The notes under the pieces are model-generated. The model ran no database searches. It was not told where the DNA came from and worked only from the letters and a program-made list of their open reading frames with translations. From Calditrichia bacterium (GTDB lineage: Bacteria; Calditrichota; Calditrichia; JAJRVZ01): DNA of 64,000 nucleotides. Numbering within the stretch: the first letter of the stretch is position 1; every line of letters starts with the position of its first letter. Positions 50,515 to 62,258 of this stretch are shown here, one piece after another. Where the stretch lies: contig CAVZSQ010000022.1 of NCBI GenBank assembly GCA_963777955.1, forward strand, positions 96,001 through 160,000, written 5' to 3'. The translations under genes were made by a program, and so were the position numbers.

Positions 50515-50526
50515 AGTAAGGATGTT

Positions 50527-51654
50527 ATGAAAGTACATGTTCAGGAAGTAATTAACAATTCCTCGCTGAAAAGATTTGTCGCTTTTCCTTTTTCACTTTA
50601 TACCGGGCATAAATGCTGGGTACCCCCTTTACACCTGGATGAACTGAGGACCCTGCGCAAAGACAAAAATCCGGCTTTTGAGTTTTGCGAGGCCAAATAC
50701 TGGCTGGCCTGGCAGGATAACCGCATTGTTGGCCGGATCGCCGGCATCATCAATCATAAATTTAATCAGAAGGTGGGTAAAAATTATCTGCGTTTCGGCT
50801 GGATAGATTTTGTCGATGATGCAGAAGTAACCCGGGAACTTTTTACCGCCCTGGAATCATGGGGCCGGGAAAGGAATATGCATTTTATTCATGGTCCCCT
50901 GGGTTTCACGGACATGGATTATGAGGGTATGCTGATTGAAGGATTTGAGGAACTTGGTACTCTGGCTACGATTTATAACTATCCATACTATCCGTCTCAT
51001 CTGGAAAGACTGGGTTACCGCAAAGATATCGATTGGCTGGAATATGAATTAATACCACCCCAACAGATACCGGAAAAAATTTCCAGGGTTGCCGCAGGTA
51101 TTGCTGAACGGTATGATCTTAGATTATTAAAAGTAAAAAAGGCCAGGGAAATATTACCGTATGCGCATCAAATATTTGAAGTATTGAATAGTGCTTATGA
51201 TCAACTATACGGCTTCGTACCCCTGACCGGGAAGCAGATTGATTATTATATCAAACAGTATTTCAGTTTTATCATCCCCGAATATGTACCGGTGGTGCTG
51301 GACCGGAACGATAAAGTGGTAGCCTTTGGTATTACCATGCCTTCGATGTCCAGGGCGCTGCAGAAAAGCAAGGGTAAACTTTTTCCCTTTGGGATCATCC
51401 ATCTGCTGAAGGCGATGAAAAATAATCATAATGTTGATCTATACCTGACTGCGGTGCGTCCGGATATGCAGAATAAAGGGGTTAACGCGATGCTGATCAA
51501 TGAAATGAACAAGATTTATGTAAAGAATAAAATTAGTCACGTCGAATCCAATCCCGAATTAGAGGAAAACCAGAAGATCCAGGCTCAGTGGCGATTAATC
51601 AGTTACCGCCAGCACAAACGCCGCAGATGTTATATTAAAGAAATATTAAGATAA
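50527..51654 (+). CDS. YghO-like tandem-GNAT acyltransferase (bacterial ceramide synthase-like family)
   Basis: FPFSLY..WVPPL..NPAFEFCE..WLA..VGRIAGIIN, RFGWIDF.DD, GPLGFTD..GMLIEGF, YNYPYY..LGY.K, YGFVPL, AVRPDMQNKGV. Confidence 0.7.
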   Translation: MKVHVQEVINNSSLKRFVAFPFSLYTGHKCWVPPLHLDELRTLRKDKNPAFEFCEAKYWLAWQDNRIVGRIAGIINHKFNQKVGKNYLRFGWIDFVDDAEVTRELFTALESWGRERNMHFIHGPLGFTDMDYEGMLIEGFEELGTLATIYNYPYYPSHLERLGYRKDIDWLEYELIPPQQIPEKISRVAAGIAERYDLRLLKVKKAREILPYAHQIFEVLNSAYDQLYGFVPLTGKQIDYYIKQYFSFIIPEYVPVVLDRNDKVVAFGITMPSMSRALQKSKGKLFPFGIIHLLKAMKNNHNVDLYLTAVRPDMQNKGVNAMLINEMNKIYVKNKISHVESNPELEENQKIQAQWRLISYRQHKRRRCYIKEILR

Positions 51655-51658
51655 AAAG

Positions 51659-51755
51659 TTACACGGAGTGCCACGGCGAAACTACTAAATTAGGATTAAA
51701 ATAATCAAATTCTACTCTGTGTTACTCTATGATCTCTCCGTGGAACTCCGTGTAA
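51659..51755. repeat. Second CACGGAG-unit inverted-repeat element
   Basis: TTACACGGAGTGCCACGGCGA (51659-51679) and TCTCCGTGGAACTCCGTGTAA (51735-51755), 19/21 complementary; lies between convergent genes. Confidence 0.8.
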
Positions 51756-51775
51756 TAAAAATACCATTAATAACC

Positions 51776-52492
51776 TTATTCCACAAACATATAACCCGCG
51801 CCGCGGATACTCTTTATATAAACCGGATTTTCGGGATCGGGTTCGAAATATTTTCTCAGCCGCACAATAAAGTTATCCACCGTTCGCGTTTCGATATCGG
51901 GAGCCTGCTTCCAGACTTTTTCCAGAATTTCCTGGCGGGAAATGATTTTTCCTTTATTCTCTATCAGATATTTTAATACCATCGCTTCACGCAGGGTCAG
52001 ATGAATTTCCTGGTTGTCCCGTGTGGCGGTCAGATTCTCGAAATTTATTTCTGCCTGACCAACGCGATAGATCCCGGCAATGACCGACAGGTCTTTATAC
52101 CACATCTTTCTTTTTAACATTCCCTGTAAGCGCAGGAGCAATTCCTGCAGGTGAAAGGGCTTGGCCAGGTAATCATCAGCCCCCAGTTCCAGTCCTTTCA
52201 GGCGGTCCTTTACCCCGGTACGGGCAGTTAAGATCAGGATAGGCAGTTGCGGCGACTTGCTCCTGATCAATGCGGCTAACTCAAAACCATCCAGGTAGGG
52301 CAGCATGATGTCCAGGATGACCAGATCGAATTCGGCCGTGGTCAATAATTTTGCCGCCTGCCGGCCGTCAGCCGCACGGGTGACCTGATAACCTTCGGAG
52401 GTTAAATTATATTCCAGGCCGATGGCCAGAGAATCTTCATCTTCGACCAGAAGAATCCGCGAACCTTTGAGTTGTTCTTTATTTATTTCCAT
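51776..52492 (-). CDS. OmpR-family response regulator
   Basis: ILLVEDE, LVILDIMLP, GLELGADDYLAKPF, TRTVDNFIVRLRK, IRGAGY. Confidence 0.95.
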   Translation of the reverse strand: MEINKEQLKGSRILLVEDEDSLAIGLEYNLTSEGYQVTRAADGRQAAKLLTTAEFDLVILDIMLPYLDGFELAALIRSKSPQLPILILTARTGVKDRLKGLELGADDYLAKPFHLQELLLRLQGMLKRKMWYKDLSVIAGIYRVGQAEINFENLTATRDNQEIHLTLREAMVLKYLIENKGKIISRQEILEKVWKQAPDIETRTVDNFIVRLRKYFEPDPENPVYIKSIRGAGYMFVE

Positions 52493-53501
52493 GGCTTGCT
52501 GTCCTGTCCTGTCCCCGGGATTTTTTCAACAAACGACTTGTAAACCACTTTCTGGACCGGCGGTAAATGGGCAATTCTATCCGAAAGGTAGAACCGCATT
52601 TAGTCCCGGCGCTGAATGCCGCTACGCGTCCGCCGTGCGCTTTAATGATTTCCTTAACCCAGTATAAACCCAGACCGGTTCCTTTCACACTGGGAATATT
52701 CAAACTGTACGCCCGGGCGAACTTATTGAAAATCCGTTTTTGTTCTTTATCGGGTATACCGATACCGTTATCGGTAAAATCCGCCCTGAAATATTTTTTA
52801 TCTGTTGATAATTTTATATCTATCCGAACCGGTTTCTCCGAATATTTAATGGCATTATCAAACAGGTTATTTACTACGATTTTCATGGCCCGCTGATCGA
52901 AGACACATTCACATCCGGTTTGACCCTTTACCGACACAGCAGCTGGTTCCAGATTGAATTGACTGATCGCTTCGGATATCAGTGCCTGCAGCACTTCATC
53001 ACTCTTGCCGACCTGAAAATTATAGGCCAGTTTTTTTTGCTCCAGAGCGGCGATATCGAGTATAGAATTGATCAGGGCATGCAACCGGTCGGCATCTTTC
53101 AGCATGAGCCCGACAAATTGTTTCTGATGTGGTAGAGGTACCTGTTTATCGTTCAGAGTTTCCAGATGTAACTGGATCGACGACAGCGGTGATTTCAGTT
53201 CATGGGTAATATTGGCAATAAAAGTGTCATACATGCGGGTCAGATTCAATTGCCTGGTAAGGTAAATAAAGATCATAGACATGGCCACCGAGATCAATAC
53301 CAGCAAAATCAAACCGCTGACCAGGGCCAGCACATTCATACCGCCGCTGATGATCCGCGTCGATAACCGGTTGCCGGCTTCAGACAGCAGGATGTAATTA
53401 GACACATACCAGTAGATCCATAAGCCCAGCAATGAAAACCAGGCCAGCTGGGCCAGACTGAAGAGTACAATATAGGTAACAAATGAGTTCTGTTTCTTCA
53501 T
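52479..53501 (-). CDS. Sensor histidine kinase (2 TM, HisKA, HATPase)
   Basis: ITHELKSPL, NLFDNAIKYS, DNGIGI, IFNKF, GTGLGL. Confidence 0.95.
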   Translation of the reverse strand: MKKQNSFVTYIVLFSLAQLAWFSLLGLWIYWYVSNYILLSEAGNRLSTRIISGGMNVLALVSGLILLVLISVAMSMIFIYLTRQLNLTRMYDTFIANITHELKSPLSSIQLHLETLNDKQVPLPHQKQFVGLMLKDADRLHALINSILDIAALEQKKLAYNFQVGKSDEVLQALISEAISQFNLEPAAVSVKGQTGCECVFDQRAMKIVVNNLFDNAIKYSEKPVRIDIKLSTDKKYFRADFTDNGIGIPDKEQKRIFNKFARAYSLNIPSVKGTGLGLYWVKEIIKAHGGRVAAFSAGTKCGSTFRIELPIYRRSRKWFTSRLLKKSRGQDRTASHGNK

Positions 53502-53702
53502 GATCGATAGGGTCGCGGATTAATTACCAGGTAATAAAACGCATCGTTAGATCTAATTTACAGATCGCGATATCCATGTGCTAATTCCGCTTAAACTTTT
53601 ACATTAATTTTACAATCTGCCGGGAAAATTTTCCTTATAATTATATTGTAAAATTTATCCTGTTCAAGACAGACTAATATAATCATTAGCGGGAGAATCA
53701 TT

Positions 53703-55181
53703 TTGAAAATTTTACTGGTATATCCGCAAATACCCTCCACTTTCTGGAGTTTTCGCAACGCCTTGAAATTTATTTCCAAACGGTCATCTGAACCGCCGCT
53801 GGGTTTGCTGACGGTCGCCAGTCTATTGCCGGCGGAGTGGGAAAAAAGGCTGATCGATATGAATGTCAGTCCATTAAGCGACGACGATATTTTATGGGCC
53901 GATTATGTTTTCCTCACCGCCATGGCGATTCAGCGCACTTCGTTTAATGAGGTGGTCAGCAGATGTAATGACCTGAAGGTAAAGGTCGTTGCCGGTGGTC
54001 CGATGTGCAGCAGTGATAACCAGGAAGCAGCGGGGGTGGATTATCTTGTACTGAATGAAGCCGAGCTAACTTTACCCCGGTTTGTCAATGATTTGCTGAC
54101 CGGAAATCCTCAAAAGGTATATCGCAGTGATGATTTCCCATCATTGGACTTAACTCCCGTACCGCAATGGCAATTGCTGGATATGAAAAAATATGCCACG
54201 ATGACCATACAGTATTCCCGTGGTTGTCCGCATGATTGTGAATTTTGCAGCATTACTGTGATGAACGGCAGAGTACCGCGTACTAAAAGCAAAGAACAGT
54301 TCTTGAAGGAACTGGATGTCCTGTACGGATTAGGCTGGCGTGGTACAGTTTTTATCGTCGATGACAACTTTATCGGCAACAAGAAAAAATTAAAACAGGA
54401 GATCCTGCCGGCCATGATCCAGTGGTCGCGGGAGCATCATTATCCTTTCAGTTATATAACCGAAGCCCCTATCCAACTGGCCGATGACGATGAACTTATC
54501 CGGATGATGGTTACGGCTGGCTTCGACGGGGCCTTTATAGGCATTGAGACACCCCATGATGAAAGTTTACAGGAATGCGGCAAAAAACATAATCAACACC
54601 GCGATCTGATCAGTGCAGTAAAAAAATTACAACGTAATGGCCTGATGGTTTCAGGCGGTTTTATTGTGGGTTTCGATAATGATCCTGCCAACATCTTTGA
54701 ACGGCAGATCCGTTTTATTCAAAGTAGCGGCATTGTTACGGCAATGGTTGGACTTTTAACCGCCCCGCCGGGAACCCGTTTGTTCAAACGTCTCCATGCT
54801 GAAGACCGTATCCGCCAGGATTTCAGCGGAGATAACATGGATGGTACGACGAATTTTATTCCTAAAATGAATATTCAAAAATTGAAGGAAGGTTACAAAA
54901 ATATACTGGTGACGATTTATGCTCATAAAGAATACTATGAACGGGTCCTGACTTTTTTAAAAGAATATCAGCTTCATTCTTATCGTTCCTGGAAACTTAA
55001 CCGCTATCAGATCCAGGCTTTTATAAAATCGCTGTTGATTCTGGGCATCTGGGAACGGGGACGCAGGCATTTCTGGAAATTTCTCCTGGCAACCCTGATC
55101 CGCTATCCGCATAAATTTGCCCTGGCTATAACTCTGGCCATCTACGGTTTTCATTTTCGCCGGGTGGTGGAGACAATTTAA
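53703..55181 (+). CDS. B12-binding radical SAM protein (DUF4070 type)
   Basis: PPLGLLTVA, VAGGP, SRGCPHDCEFC, FIVDDNFIGN, FIGIETP, GGFIVGFDND. Confidence 0.9.
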   Translation: MKILLVYPQIPSTFWSFRNALKFISKRSSEPPLGLLTVASLLPAEWEKRLIDMNVSPLSDDDILWADYVFLTAMAIQRTSFNEVVSRCNDLKVKVVAGGPMCSSDNQEAAGVDYLVLNEAELTLPRFVNDLLTGNPQKVYRSDDFPSLDLTPVPQWQLLDMKKYATMTIQYSRGCPHDCEFCSITVMNGRVPRTKSKEQFLKELDVLYGLGWRGTVFIVDDNFIGNKKKLKQEILPAMIQWSREHHYPFSYITEAPIQLADDDELIRMMVTAGFDGAFIGIETPHDESLQECGKKHNQHRDLISAVKKLQRNGLMVSGGFIVGFDNDPANIFERQIRFIQSSGIVTAMVGLLTAPPGTRLFKRLHAEDRIRQDFSGDNMDGTTNFIPKMNIQKLKEGYKNILVTIYAHKEYYERVLTFLKEYQLHSYRSWKLNRYQIQAFIKSLLILGIWERGRRHFWKFLLATLIRYPHKFALAITLAIYGFHFRRVVETI

Positions 55182-55545
55182 ATGTCGTTGCAGGGAAGAT
55201 TTTTTTGCCCCGGGCATTAAAGAATTTTGATTATTTGATTTCGTCTTACTATTTGTCTATATTTGTACTAAATTATTAATAAGGTTTAATATCTTTTTAC
55301 ACCTAATTATCAGTTTATATTCACTTTAGGAAGAGATAAATCCTGGCCGAATGCTTTTATTAGTTGCTGCAGAGATTCAAAACAGGAATAAAACCGGTTA
55401 AGTATTTGTTATATCGTTAAAACAAAGACAAAAACGCAAATTAAAAAAGGGCAGAAGAATAGGGCAAAAGAGACTGGCTCAAATATTGTAACTGGCCGAC
55501 AGGTTAGGGATTCATTGTCTTGCGTTTCCTTCCTAGAAAAAAATC

Positions 55546-55575
55546 TTGATCTGATCTCGAGAATTCGCTTATAAT
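55546..55575 (+). promoter_or_regulatory. Putative sigma-70 promoter of the RRM gene
   Basis: TTGATC-N18-TATAAT, about 143 nt upstream of the ATG. Confidence 0.4.
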
Positions 55576-55718
55576 TCTTCCTCAATCAAAGTTGAAAAGA
55601 TCTGTGCTATATTTTATTAAAAACCATGCCAGAGAACTTGAGTTCACAGTGGTATTATAGATGTTTTATTTTTAAAAATAATTAACCTTAAACATTCAAT
55701 ATTCTTAGGAGATTAAGC

Positions 55719-56042
55719 ATGAATATTTACGTTGGTAATTTATCACGCGATGTGGTTGACGATGATCTGCTTCAGGCATTTAAAGAATTTGGTGAAGTAA
55801 AATCGGCTGCCGTATTAAAAGACCGCTACACCGGTGAAGCCAGGGGTTTTGGTTTCGTCGAAATGCCCAACAAGGAAGAAGCGCAAAAAGCAATTCAGGC
55901 CTTGAACAGCAAGGAAATGAAGGGACGTCACATGATCGTGAATGAAGCCCGTCCGCCCAAAGATAAAAAACATACTGGCGGCGGTGGTCCACGCAGGAGT
56001 CGTCCCGGTGGCGGCGGCGGCGGCGGTTACCGCTCATGGTAA
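55719..56042 (+). CDS. RRM (RNP-1) RNA-binding protein with Gly/Arg-rich tail
   Basis: NIYVGNLS (RNP2), RGFGFVEM (RNP1), VNEARP; AGGAG RBS. Confidence 0.95.
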   Translation: MNIYVGNLSRDVVDDDLLQAFKEFGEVKSAAVLKDRYTGEARGFGFVEMPNKEEAQKAIQALNSKEMKGRHMIVNEARPPKDKKHTGGGGPRRSRPGGGGGGGYRSW

Positions 56043-56077
56043 AAATATAACACCTTAAAAATTGTTATAATAAGTTC

Positions 56078-56113
56078 AAAAGCCGGGAGAATAATTTTTC
56101 TCCCGGCTTTTTT
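56078..56113 (+). terminator. Intrinsic (possibly bidirectional) terminator
   Basis: AAAAGCCGGGAGAA-loop-TTCTCCCGGCTTTTTT after the RRM gene. Confidence 0.85.
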
Positions 56114-56169
56114 ATTACTAGGTGCAGTTAATTTACTACGGATAAACGCGGATGGTGTGTATGCTTAAG

Positions 56170-56352
56170 AGATTCTCGCCTGTACTAAAACCTGACAGGG
56201 TATTCGCTCGGCGGGAATGACACCTGACTCCACCTATCACAGGTCTTCGATCTATGTCACTTTCAGCCCAGCGGCTGATAAGGGACTCAGGTATTTTTCC
56301 AGGGGAGTTAGTCACTCAGGTACCTTCAGGTTACTAAGAGACCTCGAAGGTA
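56170..56352. repeat. REP-like remnants between convergent genes
   Basis: AGATTCTCGCC...GGCGGGAATGACA (56170-56222, same family as 18725 and 21515) and TACCTTC-AGGT...ACCTCGAAGGTA (56321-56352). Confidence 0.55.
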
Positions 56353-56367
56353 GCCATACCTCTGTGC

Positions 56368-57889
<1,522 letters not shown>

Positions 57890-57899
57890 TTTCCTTGAG

Positions 57900-59315
57900 T
57901 TAACGGGTTGGTTGAGCATCTAATTTTTTCAGCATAATTGCGGCATTCTGATTGGCGGGATTCAACTCCAGGGATTTCAGATAGTATTGCCTGGCCAGAT
58001 CTTTCTGGCCGTCAATAAAATAGGCTTCGCCCAGACTGTCATAGACATTCGACGAGTGAGGATATTGCCGTGCGTTAAATTTTAATACAGCAATGGCCAG
58101 TCTTTTGTTCTTTTGCTGCAGAAAAAAATAACCCATGGCATTGATACTCCATTCTCCGAGCAAATCAGATTCCACACATTTCATTAATGCCGTCTCGATC
58201 AGTTTTTCTGCTGAATCTGCCTGGTTGATCACGAAAAGGGGATCCGCCTGGTCAAGTTTGGCACCTAATTCCATGTAGGATTGTACTGCCTGGTCGTCGG
58301 TTTTCTCGCGGTAAATCCGGGCGGCCTGGCGGGCTTTTTCCAGGGCAATACCAAGCGCTGCCGTTGATTCGATCTTGATATCGGGTGTAATTCCAACCCC
58401 CTCCCAGTTGGCAGCAGTAAGCGGATTAATGGCCCGGCCGACGGGAATAAAAATATTGAAGCGGGAATTGAGTTCATAGGTAAAACCGGGATTAGCGCCG
58501 CCGCCGGTAGTTTCTCCGATAGAGATGGCGCGTTGCCGTGTTTTTAAATTATAGGTGAATTCTTCTGCTGCTGAAAAGGTAAAATGACTGGTTAAAATAA
58601 ATAATGGCAGCCGGGGCAGTTTCCTGATGGAAACCCGGTCCAGACTCCAGAATTCCTCTGTATAATCATCACGCCGCCAGTAGAAACTGTTCAACAGCAG
58701 CGGCTGATCGAAAAAATGACTGCAGATATACTGAACCGTGCCCGGCATACCGCCGTTATTTTCCCGCAGATCGATGATCAGGGCATCGACATGCTCCAGC
58801 AGTTTCATAGCGGCATCGATTTTTGGCTGGGAGATCTCCAGCGGCTCAAAGGAAGTAATATTTAAATAACCGATATTGCCGATCATTATTTTAACTTCCC
58901 CGATGCCACCGCTTGTTTTTTGGGTCTGGTACATGGGCAGCAGAAATGACAACAGCGGATTTTTCTGCTGCAGTCGTTCTTCTGCCGGCAGCACGGTCTG
59001 TACGCGTACATGTCTATCCTTAAGTACAGTATATATATCACTGGTCAGCTTTTCGGCAAATTGGCGGGGATGACTGAGACGATCGTATTTACCAGAGTCG
59101 AATCGTTCTTTCAGCAGGTCGGAGCACTTTTGTGCCGGGTCCTCAAAAATATAATTTTTTATCAGCAGGGCGCCGATATCATTAATTATTTGCCGGCGCT
59201 CATCTAAAGATAATTTAGTAGTAATATCCTGGCCGGATATGGGATGGCAGAACCATAAATTGAACAGCAGGCTGACGATTGGCAGAATAATCATCTGCTT
59301 AAAATCTACTCGCAT
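57900..59315 (-). CDS. S41-family peptidase (IRBP-like) with C-terminal TPR
   Basis: DRHVRV, GNIGYL, LIIDLRENNGG, TFSAAEEF, GETTGGGANP, WEGVGITPD; TPR NVYDSLGEAY..KSLELNP. Confidence 0.9.
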   Translation of the reverse strand: MRVDFKQMIILPIVSLLFNLWFCHPISGQDITTKLSLDERRQIINDIGALLIKNYIFEDPAQKCSDLLKERFDSGKYDRLSHPRQFAEKLTSDIYTVLKDRHVRVQTVLPAEERLQQKNPLLSFLLPMYQTQKTSGGIGEVKIMIGNIGYLNITSFEPLEISQPKIDAAMKLLEHVDALIIDLRENNGGMPGTVQYICSHFFDQPLLLNSFYWRRDDYTEEFWSLDRVSIRKLPRLPLFILTSHFTFSAAEEFTYNLKTRQRAISIGETTGGGANPGFTYELNSRFNIFIPVGRAINPLTAANWEGVGITPDIKIESTAALGIALEKARQAARIYREKTDDQAVQSYMELGAKLDQADPLFVINQADSAEKLIETALMKCVESDLLGEWSINAMGYFFLQQKNKRLAIAVLKFNARQYPHSSNVYDSLGEAYFIDGQKDLARQYYLKSLELNPANQNAAIMLKKLDAQPTR

Positions 59316-59415
59316 AGTTGCACCTGATAATAAAACAGCTTATCACTCACATTTTAATTAATTGAAATCAATATGGCAATAGAACAATGGAAGGAATGGT
59401 TGAGGTGATTCAGGC

Positions 59416-59443
59416 ATAGGGGCAATTCATGAATTGCCCCTAT
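59416..59443. repeat. Perfect 28-bp palindrome, REP-like
   Basis: ATAGGGGCAATTCA-TGAATTGCCCCTAT immediately downstream of the TPM gene. Confidence 0.8.
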
Positions 59444-59446
59444 CGA

Positions 59447-59884
59447 TTATGAATTACCCCTGCTGGTGGTAATTTCGTTGGGCAATTCGTCCACATCATC
59501 TTTTTGATGTGGAAAGTATTCATGCAATTTTTCAGCGGCTCTTTGTACACCAGCAATTATACCCGTGCTGAACTGGCCTTTCGTAAAATTTTCCTGCATC
59601 TCGGCCTTAACATCAGTCCAGAAATTTTCCGGGACCAGTTGGTTAATACCTTTGTCGCCGTAAATAGCGAACTGCTTATCCTGGACGGCCAGATAAATCA
59701 AGACGCCATTGTGCTGCCTGGTTCGGTGCATTTTCAATCTCTTGAACCATTTGACGGTTCGTTTTGAGACATTTCCCCTGCAGTTCAGTTCCAGGTGCAC
59801 GCGTATCTCCCCGGAAGTCAGCCGTTCGGCAGATTTAATGGCCTGAGTGATTTGCTGTTTTTGTTCGGCGATTGAAGAAATCAT
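59447..59884 (-). CDS. TPM-domain (DUF477) protein
   Basis: AIKSAERLTSGEIRVH, NGVLIYLAV..FAIYGDKGI, DELPNEI. Confidence 0.9.
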   Translation of the reverse strand: MISSIAEQKQQITQAIKSAERLTSGEIRVHLELNCRGNVSKRTVKWFKRLKMHRTRQHNGVLIYLAVQDKQFAIYGDKGINQLVPENFWTDVKAEMQENFTKGQFSTGIIAGVQRAAEKLHEYFPHQKDDVDELPNEITTSRGNS

Positions 59885-60070
59885 TTATATTCATAATGTT
59901 TTTATACTAATTTATTTATTTCATCCGATCCCTGCAGGATCGTAATTATTATAAGAGGACCTCTATTTCTACATACATTTGATGCCTACGGTATCATGAC
60001 CCCATGATTTCTTAATTCTTTAATCTTTCATCTTCAACTCAGTGTCCCCTATGCCTGAGTACTAGTTTTT

Positions 60071-60102
60071 CTTTGTGCCTTTGTACCTCTGTGCCTTTGT
60101 CC
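60071..60102. repeat. Tandem 8-mer array (CTTTGTGC-type), 4 units
   Basis: ctttgtgc ctttgtac ctctgtgc ctttgtcc. Confidence 0.7.
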
Positions 60103-60112
60103 CTTCTGTTGT

Positions 60113-60912
60113 TCACCAACTCCCGCTGGCTCCCCCGCCTCCGGAACTCCCGCCGAATCCACCGCTGAAACCACCGCCGCTGAATCCTCCTCCGCCGAAA
60201 CCGCCACCAAATCCACCGCCGGAACTCCCGCCGCCTCCCCACCAGAATGGTCCGTCATAATACGATTTTTTCCCTTTAGAATCATAACTGACCGAACGTC
60301 GTGTACTCAAAATCACAGAAAGAAAAATAAAAAGAAAGAAAATAAGCGATAATCGTACCCGGACCGAGAGTGAATCCTTCATTGGCCTCTCCGACTGACA
60401 GGAATTTTATATTTTCCTTCTACTGCCGGGATCAGGATATCCAGCGCTGCTTTTATCCCGGCATAATAATTCCCCTGCCTGAATTCAGGCGCCAGATAAT
60501 TGCGGATCAGGGTTGCCGATTGGGCATCGGTTACAACATCTTCCAGGCCATACCCAATCTCGAACCGTACTTTACGATCGTTGCTGAATATAACCAGTAA
60601 AATACCATTATCCTGCTCAGCCAATCCCGGTTTCCATTTATCATAAAGTCTGACTGAAAAATCATCTAAATAATAATTTTCCGGCAGCTGCTTAAAAATT
60701 GCGATGAAAATCTGATTGGACGAACGCTGCTGCAAATCTGCCAGCATATTATCGAGTGTTGTCTTTTCAGCACCGGACAATACACCGGCATAGTCCATTA
60801 CCCAGGAAGTTGGTTTATCAGGCAAGTCCGATGGTGACTGGGCCAGAGCAGGAGTGGCAGTGATCATTACCAGCAAGAAGAAAAATATTTTTATTTTAAA
60901 AAATGTTTTCAT
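60113..60912 (-). CDS. TPM-domain (YgcG-like) membrane protein with Gly-rich tail (frameshift ~60345-60390)
   Basis: VMDYAGVLS, DNGILL..DRKVRFEIGYGLE..TD (ORF 60379-60921) plus TM helix and GGFGGSSGGGGASGSW (ORF 60113-60382). Confidence 0.85.
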
Positions 60913-60956
60913 ATACAACAATTCAGCTGGTCAGATTAATTTTACCAATTTTAAAA

Positions 60957-61556
60957 CTAGAATTTTACCTGAGGAACTTTTTCGCTGCCGGGCTCCGATT
61001 TAAAATACATTTTTTCTTTAAAGCCAAAAATCGCTCCGACTATATTGGCCGGAAATACCCGCACAGCGACATTAAATTGTTGCACGGTTTCATTAAAACG
61101 GCCGCGTTCAACGCTGATACGATTCTCGGTGCCTTCCAACTGTGACTGCAGATCGGCGAAACGCTGATCGGCCTTAAGATTGGGATATGCTTCCACCACA
61201 GCCATTAAACGCTGCAAAGCCGATGAGAGGTCTCCCTGCACTTGTTGAAAACGGGCGAAGGCTTCGGGATTGTTCAGTACTTCGGGACCGATATTGATCT
61301 GTCCGCCGACCTTGGAGCGGGCATCGGTGACTGCTTCCAGGGTTTCCCGTTCATGCGCAGCATACCCTTTGACCACTTCCACCAGATTGGGAATTAAATC
61401 GGCCCGTCGCTGATATACATTTTCCACCTGGGCCCACTTCTGGTTGACCCCTTCTTCCAGGGCGACAAAATTATTATAGTTTCTTTTGAAGAACGAGTAA
61501 CCGAAAATGAGCAGGATAACCAGAATGACTAAAAAGATAATCGTACCTTTTTTCAT
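60957..61556 (-). CDS. lemA: LemA family protein
   Basis: WAQVENVYQRRADLIPNLV..VKGYAAHE, EAYPNLKA, LEGTENRI, FPANI; in the usual LemA-TPM-TPM cluster. Confidence 0.95.
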   Translation of the reverse strand: MKKGTIIFLVILVILLIFGYSFFKRNYNNFVALEEGVNQKWAQVENVYQRRADLIPNLVEVVKGYAAHERETLEAVTDARSKVGGQINIGPEVLNNPEAFARFQQVQGDLSSALQRLMAVVEAYPNLKADQRFADLQSQLEGTENRISVERGRFNETVQQFNVAVRVFPANIVGAIFGFKEKMYFKSEPGSEKVPQVKF

Positions 61557-61832
61557 TTTTCCTCCGATAAAGTTATAATCCGTTCCATATTACTGAACAT
61601 CCGGCCGGCGTTAAAATATTCCATCTTTAAAATGCCAGTATTGATCATCACTTTGATTTTAATCCCGGTTTCGATCAAAATATTTAATTATCCAGATTTT
61701 ATATTTTTTTATTCAAAATTCAAAGTATATTTTCACAAATAATCTCTTTTCGCCGAAAGTATGTTTTTCAAGAGCCCGGTAGGTAAAAAAGAACAATTTA
61801 TAGCCGATCGATTATTTCAAGCAGGAGTAACG

Positions 61833-62211
61833 ATGGATCCGGTTCGCGAGCAGTTATTAAAGAACATGGGTTTTTCTGAGAAAGCCATTGCGATTTTAGA
61901 TCAGAATCTGAATATGGGCAAACTGACGGATGCTTCGGTCAGTGCCCAACACCAGGGAGCCTGTGGTGATATTCTTTTTCTTTTTTTAAAAATTAGTCAG
62001 GATATCATCAGTGAAGCCAGGTTTGAATATATCGGTTGTGCCGGATTGCAGGTGTGCGCCTCGGCCCTGACCGAACTGATTAAAGGATTGACGCTGGATA
62101 AGGCGGGACAGGCTCGAAGCCCGGGATATAATTGATTATTTAGAAAGTATTCCGCAGCGCAAGTATGAATGCGCTGAGATTTCACGTGATACTTTGCGTA
62201 AAGTGATTTAA
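61833..62211 (+). CDS. NifU/IscU-like Fe-S scaffold protein (frameshift ~62113)
   Basis: ATG 61833 after GGAG; GACGD, FEYIGCAG..ASALTELIKG; removing one G gives LEARDIIDYLESIPQRKYECAEI (third Cys). Confidence 0.75.
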
Positions 62212-62258
62212 TCAGCTGGCAGCAGCCGGATTTAAAAGTTATCTGACAGGAGATAAAT

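Noticed and set aside
53703..55181. hpnP hopanoid methylase assignment
   Set aside because: Same broad B12-radical SAM class, but no hopanoid genes nearby and the sequence fits the generic DUF4070-type family; substrate unknown.
60039..60285. Short Arg-, Pro- or Ala-rich ORFs
   Set aside because: Alternative frames of the Gly-rich tail of the TPM gene and the adjacent 8-mer array.
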